A stretch of 64,000 bases of DNA. Source: Macrostomum lignano. Its lineage: Eukaryota. The translations under genes were made by a program, and so were the position numbers. The notes below the pieces were generated by a model. That model saw nothing but the letters and a program-made list of their open reading frames with translations. It ran no database searches and was not told the DNA's origin. Positions 14,723 to 29,395 of this stretch are shown here, piece after piece (the first letter of the stretch is position 1; every line of letters begins with the position of its first letter). The DNA lies in assembly GCA_002269645.1 (NCBI GenBank), contig NIVC01001676.1, positions 124,001 to 188,000 on the forward strand, written 5' to 3'.

Positions 14723-15439
14723 AGCATCATCAAAGTACATTGTATACAACGAAGAATATCTGCTTCCTCCCGCATTTTGGAGTGATCCACAATGACATAC
14801 GAGGTAGTCCGAGTTAACACTGCTTTTACCGATTTCGTTCGAACAACATTTCGAAAAGTCTTTTTGAATGCTTTAGCGCACCTTAATACTCGTAATAAGC
14901 CAATAGTTATGCTACCGAAGGATTATCTCTCACAAAGAAGGCCATCTATAAAATAAACTTCCCAACAGTTCCTTCTTCAGCTGACTTCCCTCGCCATCTC
15001 GCGTGACTTCCCGCCGCCTACACTTCGCTCCCAGAATTTGCCAGCGCTAGTAGAAATTGGAAGCTTCAGCGAAGATCTCTTGCTTGGCTTCTAGGAGCAG
15101 CAACAACTAGAGACTTCTAGACAGGCAAGGCCAGCAGAGAAGCGGATGATAAGAGAAAATGAGATACGGAGTCACAGGGCAGCTGGGGGGAGCAGATGCT
15201 GCGGAACCGGCGTAGCGGAAACGAAAAATTTCGAGCTCGCGACTTTGACGTTGGCGACTGTCACGTGATTTGGGGGGGGGGGTGGGAGCCGGAGGACAGG
15301 CCGGGAAGACGCGTTTTCTAAGATTTCCAACTTTACTTTATTTCTGTGGCTGACACGAGTTTGGCAGCAGCTCCCGACAATATTGCGCTCTTGAAGCATT
15401 CAAAGCACGAAAAAAACTGACTTAAAGCTAAATTTTGGT

Positions 15440-15762
15440 CACCGAATCTCACCCCAACAGAAGAGAATCTCACCACAGTAGAACAGAATCTTACCCCAAC
15501 AGAAGAGAATCTTACCCCAACAGAAGAGAATCTCACCCCAACAGAAGAGAATCTCACCCCAATAGAAGAGAATCTAACCTCAATAGAAAAGAATCTCACC
15601 CCAATAGAAGACAATCTCACCCAATATAAAAGAATCTCACCCCAATAAAAGAGAATCTAACCTCAGTAGAAGAGAATCTCACCTCAGTAGAAGAGAATCT
15701 CACCTCAATAGAAGAATCTCACCCCAATGGAAGAGAATCTCACCTAATAAACAGAGAATCTC
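15440..15762. repeat. 21-bp minisatellite (agaagagaatctcaccccaac)
   Basis: Tandem repeat about 18 nt from the exon 1 donor. Confidence 0.93.
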
Positions 15763-15780
15763 ATACCCTCCGCCACTCAC

Positions 15781-16643
15781 CTCTCGCCCCATTGGTGCGT
15801 CCTCCCGGATGTCGGCCTCGTACGTCGGCTTGTCGAATGTGGGCACCTCGTCGTTCTCGTCAGCCACGAGAATCCGCAGCCTGACGGTTCCGTTCCTCGG
15901 CGGGCTGCCGCCGTCAAATGCGGCCAATCCAAATTCGTAGGAGTCCTTGGCCTCTCGGTCCAGCGGCAATTTCAGCGTCAGGCGCAGCGACGGCGCCGAG
16001 GCCGGATCGGCGCCGGTGGCCGCGGCGCCTGGCCAGAACTCCAGGCCAAACTCGGCCGGCGCCGGGGCAGCAGGGCGTAGCGCTGCACCGACAGCCGCGG
16101 CGAGTCGGCGTCCTCGGCCAGCGGCAGGCTGCGAAATTCGCCCGGCTGCGCGGCCTCGCTGAACTCCCTGGTCAGCTCCACGGAGCTCCATCTGGGCGCG
16201 TTGTCGTTCAGGTCGACGATCTGCACGGCCAGGGTGACGATGTGGGAGAACTCGCGGTCCGACTGCACCTGCAGGGTGAGCCGGCAGGGCGAGTCGTCAG
16301 CGCCGGCGGAGCTACAGCAGGCGGACACCTCGGCGCACACCCGGTCCCGGTCGACTCGGTGCTGCACGGTCACGTGACCGGTGGCCGGCTCCACCCGGAA
16401 GTAGCGCTCGCAGCCCGGCGGATCGGCGTTGAACTGCCGGAAATCCGGGATGGCGTCCGGCGCGAGCAGGTGGCCGTCGCGGCGCATGGCGTCGAGGAGG
16501 CTGACGACTGGGGAACCGGGCGGCAGCTCCTCGTCAATGACGGCACTGATGACAACGGAGGTGGACGCGGCGGTCGATGGAGGGGCCAGCAGGGCGCCGA
16601 GCAGCGTCAATGGCGGCAGCAGGTGAATGAGTAACCGCGACAT
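15781..16643 (-). CDS. Protocadherin exon 1 (signal peptide, EC1, EC2, start of EC3); one-base frameshift at 16064-16067
   Basis: ATG, then hydrophobic leader MSRLLIHLLPPLTLLGALLA. Cadherin motifs DEELPPG, VDRD, VDLNDNAP, AEDAD, LDRE, ADENDEVP. Donor GAG|GTGAGT at 15780. The exon is 863 nt and needs +1 nt (CCCC to CCCCC) to join ORFs 15978..16643 and 15700..16191. Confidence 0.9.
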
Positions 16644-16649
16644 CTTCTT

Positions 16650-16790
16650 TTTCTGCTGCTGCTTTTGGCGTTTTTGTTGCTTTTGCTGCTGTTGCTTTTG
16701 CTGTTGTTGCTTTTGCTGTTGTTGTTTTTGCTGTTGTTGCTTTTGCTTTTGCTGCTTTTCCTGTTGTTGCTGCTTCTGCGTTTAGAGGAT
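16650..16790. repeat. CTG/TTG-rich low-complexity tract upstream of the protocadherin ATG
   Basis: gctgttgttgcttttgct-type repeats. Confidence 0.85.
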
Positions 16791-17864
16791 CGGAGAGTGA
16801 TTTTGTTGTTTTTGCGTCCTTGGAGTGTCCGCAACCGTTGCTGCTGCTGCTGCCTCTCCACCGGCAGCTTCAGAGATTGCGGGCGAATCGCTGAATGAAT
16901 CTGGGGGAGTCTGAGGGACTTATAGGCTAGAGATGGACGAGGAAAGAGAAGGGGAGCTGATGGGGCTCCCTCTTAAACCCTCGCAGCGTCCCAGCGCAGC
17001 TGGGAGGTGCGTGGGAAGGCTGAGATAGTGCAGGTCTGCGATAGGCTGCTTCTGGGGGGAGGGCAATTTCTTCTTCTTCTAGAAGATTGAAGCAACCAGG
17101 CCGAGGCAGCGGGCAGGCAGTTCATCGGGATTCTGTGTCAACAGAGCAAAGAGACAAGGATTGCAAATACGAATTCCCAATTCAATTCTTAAACTATGCA
17201 GTTTTCTTTCAGATTCTCGAACTGCCCGAATCTCCCCAGCTGTGTATCCGGCCTATCAGTTTGAGGATCTGGCAGTGCATATTGGTGGCCAGCGCTGTTT
17301 GTAGTTTGGGTGGGGGGGCAGCCGTGGACGTAAGAAGCAGCAGCAGCAGCAGCAGCAGCAGATTTCGGGAGGCCCCGGGGGCGGGCAGGCGGCAGACTGC
17401 AACTGGCCCGCAAGTGGCCGTTTGGCCTCGCCAGTGCCTCAGCGTCTTGGGATTTGCTAGGGGAGGGGGGTTTGGGTGGGAGCGGACTTAGGGATAACTG
17501 ACCCGATGTGGGGCATCGGACAGGAACTGTTGGCGCGGTCTGCACTCGGACGAAAGATTCTGTTCAGGTCTGGCGCTGTCCCAGTCCGGCCCATCCGGTA
17601 GTCAGATCCCGCCAACTCCCGGCGAAGTTATGGGTGCCGGCGAATCGAGTTAAAAGCAATTGAATTTACGTAGAAGGTAAAACGGGGGAGGGGGGAGTTT
17701 TCGCGATCCACCCCCCCCACCCCCTAGCGACGGGATATTTATGACGGCTTGCGATGGGCCGGCTTGGGCGCTTGGCAACCTTTATTTCGACGAAAAAAGC
17801 GAAAATTTCCCTAATACTCGCAACACGCGGAAAGATTTAATTCAATGCTAGTTATGGCGCATCC

Positions 17865-18830
17865 ATAAACACACTGATCTGTGCCCTCTAAACACACCGA
17901 TCTGTGCCCTCTAAACACACCGATCTGTGCCCTCTAAACACACTGATCTGTGCCCTCTAAACACACTGATCTGTGCCCTCTAAACACACTGATCTGTGCC
18001 CTCTAAACACACTGATCTGTGTCCTCTAAACACACTGATCTGTGTCCTCTAAACACACTGATCTGTGCCCTCTAAACACACTGATCTAGTCTAGGCTAAT
18101 CCAGTATAAACACACCGATCTGTGCCCTCTAAACACACCGATCTGTGCCCTCTAAACACACTGATCTAGTCTAGGCTAATCCAGTATAAACACACCGATC
18201 TGTGCCCTCTAAACACACCGATCTGTGCCCTCTAAACACACTGATCTGTGCCCTCTAAACACACTGATCTAGTCTAGGCTAATCCAGTATAAACACACCG
18301 ATCTGTGCCCTCTAAACACACCGATCTGTGCTCTCTAAACTCACTGATCTGTGCCCTCTAAACACACTGACTTAGACTTAACTATAAACACACTGATCTA
18401 GGCTAATCCAGTATAAACACACTGATCTAGGCTAATCCACTATAAACACACTGATCTAGGCTAATTCACTATAAACACACTGATCTAGGCTAATCCAGTA
18501 TAAACACACTGATCTAGGCTAATCCACTATAAACACACTGATCTAGGCTAATCCAGTATAAACACACTGATCTAGGCTAATCCACTATAAACACACTGAT
18601 CTAGGCTAATTCACTATAAACACACTGATCTAGGCTAATCCAGTATAAACACACTGATCTAGGCTAATCCACTATAAACACACTGATCTAGGCTAATTCA
18701 CTTTAAACACTGATCTAGGCTAATCCAATATAAACACACTGATCTAGGCTAATCCACTATAAACACTGATCTAGGCTAATCCAGTATAAACACACTGATC
18801 TTGTCTAATCCACAATAAACACACTGATTT
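17865..18830. repeat. Related 23-bp and 29-bp minisatellites (taaacacactgatct core)
   Basis: taaacacactgatctgtgccctc units give way to tataaacacactgatctaggctaatccac units. Confidence 0.95.
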
Positions 18831-20169
18831 AAACGCCTGTAAACACAGCTCTCACAGGTAAACACAGGTTGAATTGACCTGAACTCAACCATGTCCCAGC
18901 CAGTCTTATTTCCCAGCTCAGAGTGACAGCTCAGCAGCGCGGACCTCATCGATCCCTTTACAAGTCTTGCCCCAATGAATGACTGACAGACCTCATTGCT
19001 GAAAGAAAACAAAATTTTTCTGTTTCAAGCAACAAAACTTGCAGCGGCAAAGAAGCACATTCTCTAAAAGAGAAAAATCAATCAAGCCCGCTCGGGCTCT
19101 CGCAAGGAACACCTGGCCTGATTGCTCTGTTGAGCTGCTAAAGAGATGCCGCCGCATTTGAGGGCTTGAGCCCGGCCAACAAGTCCAATACAAGTTGAAG
19201 TGGTTGCTATGCGTATTGAGCACTTACCTGCATCTCTCAGTGTACAGGTCGGAATGTGCCGCGGAGCACAAACTGGACCGTTTCAAGAAGCTAAAGAGTA
19301 GTTGAAGGTGCTTCCCGCAACAACCCCAGGATAGAGCAGTTGCTTTGAAAGGGTTTGGAAGGCCAATGGACTGCTCAGACCAATGAACTGCCAGCAGGAT
19401 GTCAGAGTGATGGGGCACTTCCAACTCTCCCTGATCCCAGGATGCTGAGCCCTGTCAGAGATGAGGAACAGTCAGGCTACGAGGCAAGGAAAAGTCACAA
19501 TGAATGAATGATGACTGGATAATGAATGCTGAGCTTACAGACTGGAGTGAAAGTGGTTCATTACTCAACTACCTGATGAGTAATGATTTATTAATGAGCC
19601 CCAGCTCCCCCCACCGCACAGCTGGTGACAAATTCAACTTCTTGCCAGCGTGGCTAACAGTTTCTGAGCACAAAACTGACACTGTCCAACAGATGGACTT
19701 TCTCCCCTTTCCATTCCTCATCCTCCCTTTCAGCCTCTTCTTCCTTCGCCTCAGAAACCGCCTGCCCGTCTGCTAAATGCAACTTCACGAAGCGGCAATT
19801 AGGCAATCTGGCTGCTGCTGGAGCAGATTCGGCCGAACTGATAAACTTGTCCGAGCTGAGCCCGCGGAGACTTTTGCATGGCTTCTGTAGCCAGCCTCCC
19901 CCCGACTCGATGGGTTGAGTTGATAGGACGGCTGGGGTAATGAATACCATGTGTCCGCTTCCATCTTGAGCCCTGCCGGGCATTGCCCAAGTCCGTGTGA
20001 AATGCGCTTTGAAAACAACAGCAAATACATTGTAACTGCAAGTCAGAGCCGCTGTAGACTCTGCGTGAGCTCGGGGGTCAGCTGAATGGCCGTGAAAGCC
20101 TTCTGAATATTGACTGACGCTGCCTGAATCTGCTGCACGATGGGAGGTTCCATCTTTCGGCTAAGACCG

Positions 20170-21050
20170 CGCTCCACCCTGTCTCACCCTCTCTCACCCT
20201 CTCTCACCCTCTCACTCTCTCTCTCACCCTCTCTTACCCTCTCACACCCTGTCTCACCCTCTCTCACCCTCTCTCACCCTCTCTCACCCTCTCTCACCCT
20301 CTCTCACCATCTCTCACCCTCTCTCACCCTTTCTCACCCTCTCTCACTCTCTCTCACCCTCTCTCACCCTCTCTCACCCTCTCTCACCCTCTCTCAACCT
20401 CTCTCACCCTGTCTCACCCTGTCTCAACCTCTCTCACCCTCTCTCACCCTCTCTCCTCACCCTCTCTCCTCACCCTCTCTCCTCACCCTCTCTCCTCACC
20501 CTTTCTCCTCACCCTCTTTTACCCTCTTTTACCCTCTCTTACCCTCTTTCACCCTCTCTCACCCTCTCTCCTCACCCTCTCTCAACCTCTCTCACCCTCT
20601 CTCACCCTCTCTCTTCACCCTCTCTCAACCTCTATCACCCTCTCTTACCCTCTCCTTTCTCTCTCCTCACCCTCTATCACCCTCTCTCCTCACCCTCTCT
20701 CACCCTCTCTCACCCCCCTCACCCCTCTCACCCTCTCTCCACACCCTCTCTCCTCACCCTCTCTCCTCACCCTCTCTCACCCTCTCTCACCCTCCCTCAC
20801 CCCTCTCACCCTCTCTCCACACCCTCTCTCCTCACCCTCTCTCCTCACCCTCTCTCACCCTCTATCACCCTATCTTACCCTCTCTCGCCTTCTCTCATCC
20901 TCTGTTCCCCACTCTTACCCTCTTTCACCCTCTCTCATCCTCTCTCCTCACCCTCTCTCCTCACCCTCTCTCCTCACCCTCTCTCCTCACCCTCTCTCAC
21001 CCTCTCTCCTCACCCTCTCTTACCCTCTATCACCCTCTCTTACCCTCTCC
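20170..21050. repeat. CT-rich ~12-bp repeat (ctctcaccctct)
   Basis: Degenerate tandem repeat. Confidence 0.93.
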
Positions 21051-21051
21051 G

Positions 21052-21136
21052 TCAGTCAGTCAGTCAGTCAGTCAGTCAGTCAGTCAGTCAGTCAGTCAGT
21101 CAGTCAGTCAGTCAGTCAGTCAGTCAGTCAGTCAGT
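21052..21136. repeat. (CAGT)n
   Basis: Perfect tetranucleotide run. Confidence 0.97.
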
Positions 21137-21417
21137 GAGATGATTCGCAATTTCTGGCCACAAGCTGTCCAGCGAGGCGAGCTTTGAGTCCGCATTTTCA
21201 GCGCCCAGTTGCATTCGGGCGAACCCAGTCGTGAAATGGAGCGGGTGATCGCAGCTCACGACTGGAGCAGTTTTTTTACTCTGGCTAATTGGCTGCTTGG
21301 GTTGGGAGGCAGGGCAGGACTTCTCTGTTTCTTTGAAACAGACACCTCTGCGTCTGCTTGCGGCTTTGCAGATGACTTTAATTATTACCTTGTAGTGAAC
21401 CGGCGTTTGTATCACCT

Positions 21418-23188
<1,771 letters not shown>

Positions 23189-24784
23189 AAAGGCACAAAG
23201 CCAGCTCCACTGCCAGATCAAAAGATCAGCGGCTCGCCCTCAAGCAAGGCAGCAGGTGCTCAGAAACTGTTGTGTTTTATTTCTCCTATTACCCTCTGCT
23301 CCCCCCATCTAGTGAACAAGCGCGGCACGCAGTGTCACTGCACTGAGCCTCTCCCTGGTCTGTTATCTAACCCTCCCCCGCTTTCCCGGGCCACTTCCTG
23401 TGTCAGTCAAGGGCTTGAATATTCGAATTCTCTGGCGCAGCAGCCGGTGTTGCTAAGCGTATTAGCTGGCTCGAGTGAGAGGGCCGCCGACTTCACCTGC
23501 TGGCGGCGTAAGAGAGAGCCGCTCTGTCAGCTGCTGTCGCTCTGAGGTGAGTCCGCGGCTGCTCTTGTGAATATCACAGCTCATTGCTCCCCTTGTGAGT
23601 GGATAAAAGGCCACGGCTCTCAAGGCTAATTTCCTGCCAGTCTTGAGTCAAGCAAAATCTTTGATTGAGATCGCAGGGCCGGACTCTGAGTTCCATTTTC
23701 TTTGCTTGGAAGTCAAAAATAATCGCTGACTCAGTTCTTCACCTCAGTTTCTCTTCCTCGTGGGAGGGCTGGGGGCACAATGGAGCAACGCCTTTGTCGA
23801 AATCAACCTCAAGCTCAACAAGGATGAGGCGATTCTGCCAATTCTCACACAAGCTCCAAATGCACCGAATCGAAAATAGGGGTTGCGGCGCGAGAGTCGG
23901 ATCGGTACGTCCCGTAGTTGCTAGGGAGATGCCACAGACACTTGACTAAAAATTGGGATAACTATATACCTCTGAGGAAATATCAGGATTATATTGTTGA
24001 GAATCTGAGTGAGCGCTGGCTGAGAGGCTCTGGAAGGCAGCCAGCAATCAGGCTTTGATTGAAAGCAGCTAAGAAAGGCCGGGGAAGTGAGGGTCGGTGG
24101 GCCGGGGGACACGGGGGACCCGGCGACTCAGCTGACAGCGGGCGCGTGGGGGCCTCCCGCCGCACTCTCCGGTCCGGCTGCTGGACGCGGCATCGCGTTT
24201 CCTGGGAATTTCAAAGACGCCCAACCCCACCCTAAGGCCCTTTTTCCCGCGAAACCTTTTCCACGGACGGGAAGTGCCGGGCTGCTGGCTGGGGGATTTT
24301 TTTTGACGCTGGACTTCTCGTAGGGAATAAAGGATTCGAAAAATGAAGGAGAAATAAGATTGAGCTGGGAGTGGGGGATGCAGGGGCGCCGGGGTCGCCT
24401 GACCCCCCCCCCCAGACGGACAGACGGGGAGTCTGAAATTGAAAGGACCCCCCTGCCCCAGTCCAGCTCACAATCGGCCAAAGCGGGTGCAGCGGCACAC
24501 AATTTCCTTTTTCATTCCTTCATCCTCCAGCATGAGGAGGGAGGAGCAACTTTTCCCTGAACCCCGGCTGCTCCCCGCCCTCCCCAACCTGCTGCCGGCC
24601 AAGTTCGGCAGTTTTGAGAAATGGAGATTCCTGCCTTTAGATGAGGCACTGAATCTGGGAAGCTTTCCTTAGAAAGCACTGTTCTCATTGTTGCCATTAA
24701 CTGCAATCTCATTTTTCAACTATTAGTTTCTGTGGTTAAAACTTTCAATACAAAAAATGAAGCTTTATTTAGGAAAAATATGAA

Positions 24785-25040
24785 GTTCTCATTTTTCATG
24801 CTCTCATTTCTCATGATCTCTCATTTCTCATGATCTCTCATGCTCTCATTTCTCATGATCTCTCATTTCTCATGATCTCTCATTTCTCATGATCTCTCAT
24901 TTCTCATGATCTCTCATTTTTCATGATCTCTCATTTCTCATGATCTCTCATTTCTCATGATCTCTCATTCCTCATGACCTCTCATTCCCCATGACCTCTC
25001 ATTTCTCATGACCTCCCTTTTCTCATGCTCCCATATCTTA
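24785..25040. repeat. 17-bp minisatellite (atctctcatttctcatg)
   Basis: Tandem repeat. Confidence 0.92.
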
Positions 25041-25654
25041 TACCCTCATTTCTCAGTCATGCTGTCATGCTGTCATCTGTTAATATTTCTCAGTTCTCAT
25101 GCAATTTGATTTCAGATTGCTTCAGTCGAAGCATTAAATTTCTCGCGCTATTTCGTGTCTTTATTTGTCGCACAAAATTTGTAGACAAGCCCCGGTCCCA
25201 GCGGAAGCTGGAAAGGCATGCGCACGATGAGGCAGTGAACTTGAAACTCATCGCTTTCTTTCTCAAACCTGAACTCCCCCCCCCCCCCCAGTCGCCTCAA
25301 TTGCCATGCCCCCTGCTCATTTGAGAACACAAACTCGAGGACGAATAGATGAAGAAGCGGGCAGCCCAGCTGCCTCACACACAGAGAAGAGGGGCGCCCG
25401 GGAAGCCGGGTTCGCGGGCTGGAGGGCCATCGTGACGAGCAGGAGCGGCGGCTCGCGACAAAAAATCAGGTAGCCAAGGGAGAGATGATGAGGGAAGCTG
25501 ACCTGGTGCAACTCGCCAGCTCACAAAACCCAGAATCTCGAGGGAGTTGAAGTGGCTGAGGTGAAGGCCAGGGCAGCAATGCTTTGCTAATATTGCAAAA
25601 AACTCGACAGCATACTTCAGATTGGGAGTTGACTAGCGTGCGTCATTTGGGGAA

Positions 25655-26415
25655 GTCTGATTGCATTGTGTTTACAGTCTGATTGCATTGTGTTTACAGT
25701 CTGATTGCACTGTGTTTACAGTCTGATTGCATTGTGTTTACAGTCTGATTGCATTGTGTTTACAGTCTGGTTGCATTGTGTTTACAGTCTGATTGCACTG
25801 TGTTTACAGTCTGATTGCATTGTGTTTACAGTCTGATTGCATTGTGTTTACAGTCTGATTGTATTGTGTTTACAGTCTGGTTGCATTGTGTTTACAGTCT
25901 GGTTGCATTGTGTTTACAGTCTGATTGCATTGTGTTTACAGTCTGGTTGCATTGTGTTTACAGTCTGGTTGCATTGTGTTTACAGTCTGATTGTATTGTG
26001 TTTACAGTCTGGTTGCATTGTGTTTACAGTCTGGTTGCATTGTGTTTACAGTCTGATTGCATTGTGTTTACAGTCTGGTTGCATTGTGTTTACAGTCTGG
26101 TTGCATTGTGTTTACAGTCTGATTGCATTGTGTTTACAGTCTGATTGCATTGTGTTTACAGTCTGATTGCATTGTGTTTACAGTCTGATTGCATTGTGTT
26201 TACAGTCTGATTGCACTGTGTTTACAGTCTGATTGCATTGTGTTTACAGTCTGATTGCATTGTGTTTACAGTCTGATTGTACTGTGTTTACACACTGATT
26301 GCATTGAGCTTGCACACTGATTGCACTGTGTTTACACACTGATTGCATTGTGTTTACACACTGGATTGCACTGTGTTTACACACTGATTGCATTGAGTTT
26401 ACAGTCTGATTGCAC
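25655..26415. repeat. 22-bp minisatellite (ctgattgcattgtgtttacagt), ~34 copies
   Basis: Tandem repeat. Confidence 0.96.
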
Positions 26416-27377
26416 AGGCAAATTATGAAACAGCATTCATCAGGAAAAATGACACCTTAATAAAAACATGGATCTCACCTGACTCCAAATGAGATCTGGC
26501 AGTGGCTGGGAGCGCATGCACTTTCGCAATCAAATTTCCTGCTCAACTGCTCAAAGTCGAGCACCGCCTGCACCTGGCCAGCGCGCAGATCTCAGCTCGT
26601 TGGGCTCGGGCCGAACAAGACACGGGCTTATATGAGCACTTCAGTCAGCCAGCTCCAGTCCAAAGAGCAGACAGCTACAGCCCCAGTTTCTGGGGTGTCA
26701 CAGAGAGTCCACAATCCATCAAGTGGGTCGCCAGCAAAGAACTCGCAATGCCGCCTGAGTTTATCGTCCCCTCAGGGCTGTCTCCGCCAGTTTTAGACCC
26801 GAATACTTCCCCTTTTTCTCGGCCAAAAGTCCTAGTAAGTCACAGAGCTCTGCATATCCTCTTGTGTGCATCCGCGTGCTCCCCATTTTGTAGTCCCCCA
26901 TTTTGGCCGGGGACTGGCTGTCTGGCGGAGTGACTCACTGCAGCTCCAATTTGTCATTATCTACCTGTGAGCCGGGGGCAGCAATGGGCGCCCAGCTTTT
27001 GCACCAGAAAATATAATTAAGTTTTTTATTTTAAAAAACTGCTTAATTAGTTCTGTCACTAATTGCTTCTGGATGCTGTTCTAGAGCAAAAATGTTCGTA
27101 TTCGGCTACTAGTTAGTAGACTAGTTAGGAATTTTTAGTAAAAACTGTTTTAATAATTAACACTACCACATTGGCACTTTTAGCTGGAATAATATTGACA
27201 ATGTCAGCCGGGCCGCACTGGACTGACAGAGCCGAAGAAGTCTAGGAGCAGAAATCTGGACTAGACTTGTCTTTGTAACAAAGTTATAGCTTAAACATGC
27301 TTTTATCGATGTTGTAATCGTTCAGTTTTTGGACACATTTTGATTCCGTAAAACACTGTAGGCATCTTGGTAATATT

Positions 27378-27985
27378 TGAGTTTAGCGCCGAGTTTAGCG
27401 CCAAGTTTAGCGCCAAGTTTAGCGCCAAGTTTAGCGCCAAGTTTAGCGCCAAGTTTAGCGCCAAGTTTAGCGCCAAGTTTAGCGCCAAGTTTAGCGCCAA
27501 GGTTAGCGCCAAGTTTAGCGCCAAGGTTAGTGCCATTTCAGCGCCAATTTAGCACCAAAGTTAGCGCCATTTTAGCGCCAATTTAGCGCCAAGGTTAGTG
27601 CCAAGGTTAGTGCCATTTTAGTGCCAAGGTTAGTGCCATTTTAGTGCCAATTTAGCGCCAAAATTAGCGCCATTTTAGTGTAAAGTTAGCGCCATTTTAG
27701 CGCCAATTTAATGCCAAGGTTAGTGCTATTTTAGCGCTAAGGTTAGTGCCATTTTAGCGCCATTTCAGCGCCAAAGTTAGCGCCAAGGTTAGTGCCATTT
27801 TAGCGCCCAGGTTAGTGCCATTTTAGCACCAAGGTTAGTGCCATTTTAGCGCCAAGGTTAGTGCCATTTCAGCGCCATTTTATCGCCAAGGTTAGTGCCA
27901 TTTTAGTGCCATTTTTGCGCCAAGGTTAGTGCCATTTTAGCGCCAAGTTCAGCGTCATTTAAGCGCCAATTTTAGCGCCAGCTTC
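27378..27985. repeat. 12-bp minisatellite (tttagcgccaag)
   Basis: Perfect at the left end, degenerate to the right. Confidence 0.94.
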
Positions 27986-28321
27986 AGCGTCCCTTCTACC
28001 CCTTGTTCCTTTGCTGGCCTTCAAATACACTTTCCTAGAATTCAAAGAATTCCTAGACTCCTGTGCTCAGTCCAAGTAGTACGTTGCCAGGGCACACAGA
28101 CAGGCTTAACAGACCAGCGATAAAAGAGGGTTCAGAAGGCAAAATCCAAACAAAGGCTTTAAAAATTCACAAGAGAACAGCGGTAACCAATGAGAGCGGG
28201 GCAGGTGGAGCAAAGACCTATTTATGGAGAATCTCAACGCACAGACCGCGAATAAACACAGAGGAAATTTGGCACCTCCTTTTTTCACTTGCAGAGAAGT
28301 GCATTTTGCTGTCCAGCGCCA

Positions 28322-28487
28322 ATGTCTGGAGAGCTGCTGCTGCTGGACCGGGTGCGGAGGGCTCTGACTGCGCCGCCGAGCGAGAGGAACGAGGACGACC
28401 TCAGCATGGTGATGGCCTGGTGCAAGGACCTCTCAAGGGGCGAGGCTCAGAGAGGCAAAGTGTGCGTGCTGGGCGAGCTGGAGGACA
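28322..28487 (+). CDS. Cyclic nucleotide-binding domain protein (CNBD1/2-like), exon 1; N-terminus may extend upstream
   Basis: MSGELLLLDRVRRALTAPPSERNEDDL, a PP..R..DL pre-CNB helix. Donor A|GTGAGT. An in-frame acceptor at 28294 means an upstream coding exon cannot be excluded. Confidence 0.75.
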
Positions 28488-28494
28488 GTGAGTG

Positions 28495-29395
28495 ACTAAT
28501 CCGTCCGCCCCTGAACTAATCCATCCGCCCCTGAACTAATCCATCCGCCCCCTGAACTAATCCATCCGCCCCCTGAACTAATCCATCGGCCCCCTGAACT
28601 AATCCATCCGCCCCCTGAACTAATCCATCGGCCCCCTGAACTAATCCATCCGCCCCCTGAACTAATCCATCCGCCCCCTGAACTAATCCATCCGCCCCCT
28701 GAACTAATCCATCCGCCCCCTGAACTAATCCATCGGCCCCCTGAACTAATCCATCCGCCCCCTGAACTAATCCATCCGCCCCCTGAACTAATCCATTCGT
28801 CCCTAGATGAATCTATATCCGCTCCTAGATGAATCTATATCCGCTCCTAGATGAATCTATATCCGCTCCTAGATGAATCTATATCCGCCTCAGATGAATC
28901 TATATCCGCCCCTAGATGAATCTATATCCGCCTCAGATGAATCTATATCCGCCCCTAGATGAATCTATATCCGCCCCTAGATGAATCTATATCCGCCCCT
29001 AGATGAATCTATATCCGCTCCTAGATGAATCTATATCCGCTCCTAGATGAATCTATATCCGCCTCAGATGAATCTATATCCGCCCCTAGATGAATCTATA
29101 TCCGCCCCTAGATGAATCTATATCCGCCCCTAGATGAATCTATATCCGCCTCAGATGAATCTATATCCGCCCCTAGATGAATCTATATCCGCCCCTAGAT
29201 GAATCTATATCCGCCCCTAGATGAATCTATATCCGCCCCTAGATTAATCTATATCCGCTCCTAGATTAATCTATATCCGCCCCTAGATGAATCTATATCC
29301 GCCCCTAGATGAATCTATATCCGCCCCTAGATGAATCTATATCCGCCCCTAGATTAATCTATATCCGCTCCTAGATTAATCTATATCTGCTCCTC
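28495..29395. repeat. Paired 21-bp (ccgccccctgaactaatccat) and 22-bp (ccgcccctagatgaatctatat) arrays filling CNBD intron 1
   Basis: The unit switches near 28800. Confidence 0.96.

Noticed and set aside
16064-16067. Programmed ribosomal frameshifting in the protocadherin
   Set aside because: No slippery heptamer or evident downstream structure; two independent C-run deletions are better explained by sequencing error or decay.
16607-16861. Upstream ORF overlapping the protocadherin start
   Set aside because: It begins at GTG, not ATG, and is mostly a low-complexity CAG/CAA tract.
19504-20041. Several 80-109 aa ORFs upstream of the protocadherin (similar ones at 23.2-25.5 kb and 52.5-53.4 kb)
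   Set aside because: No domain similarity that I can recognise and no consistent splice-phase chain.
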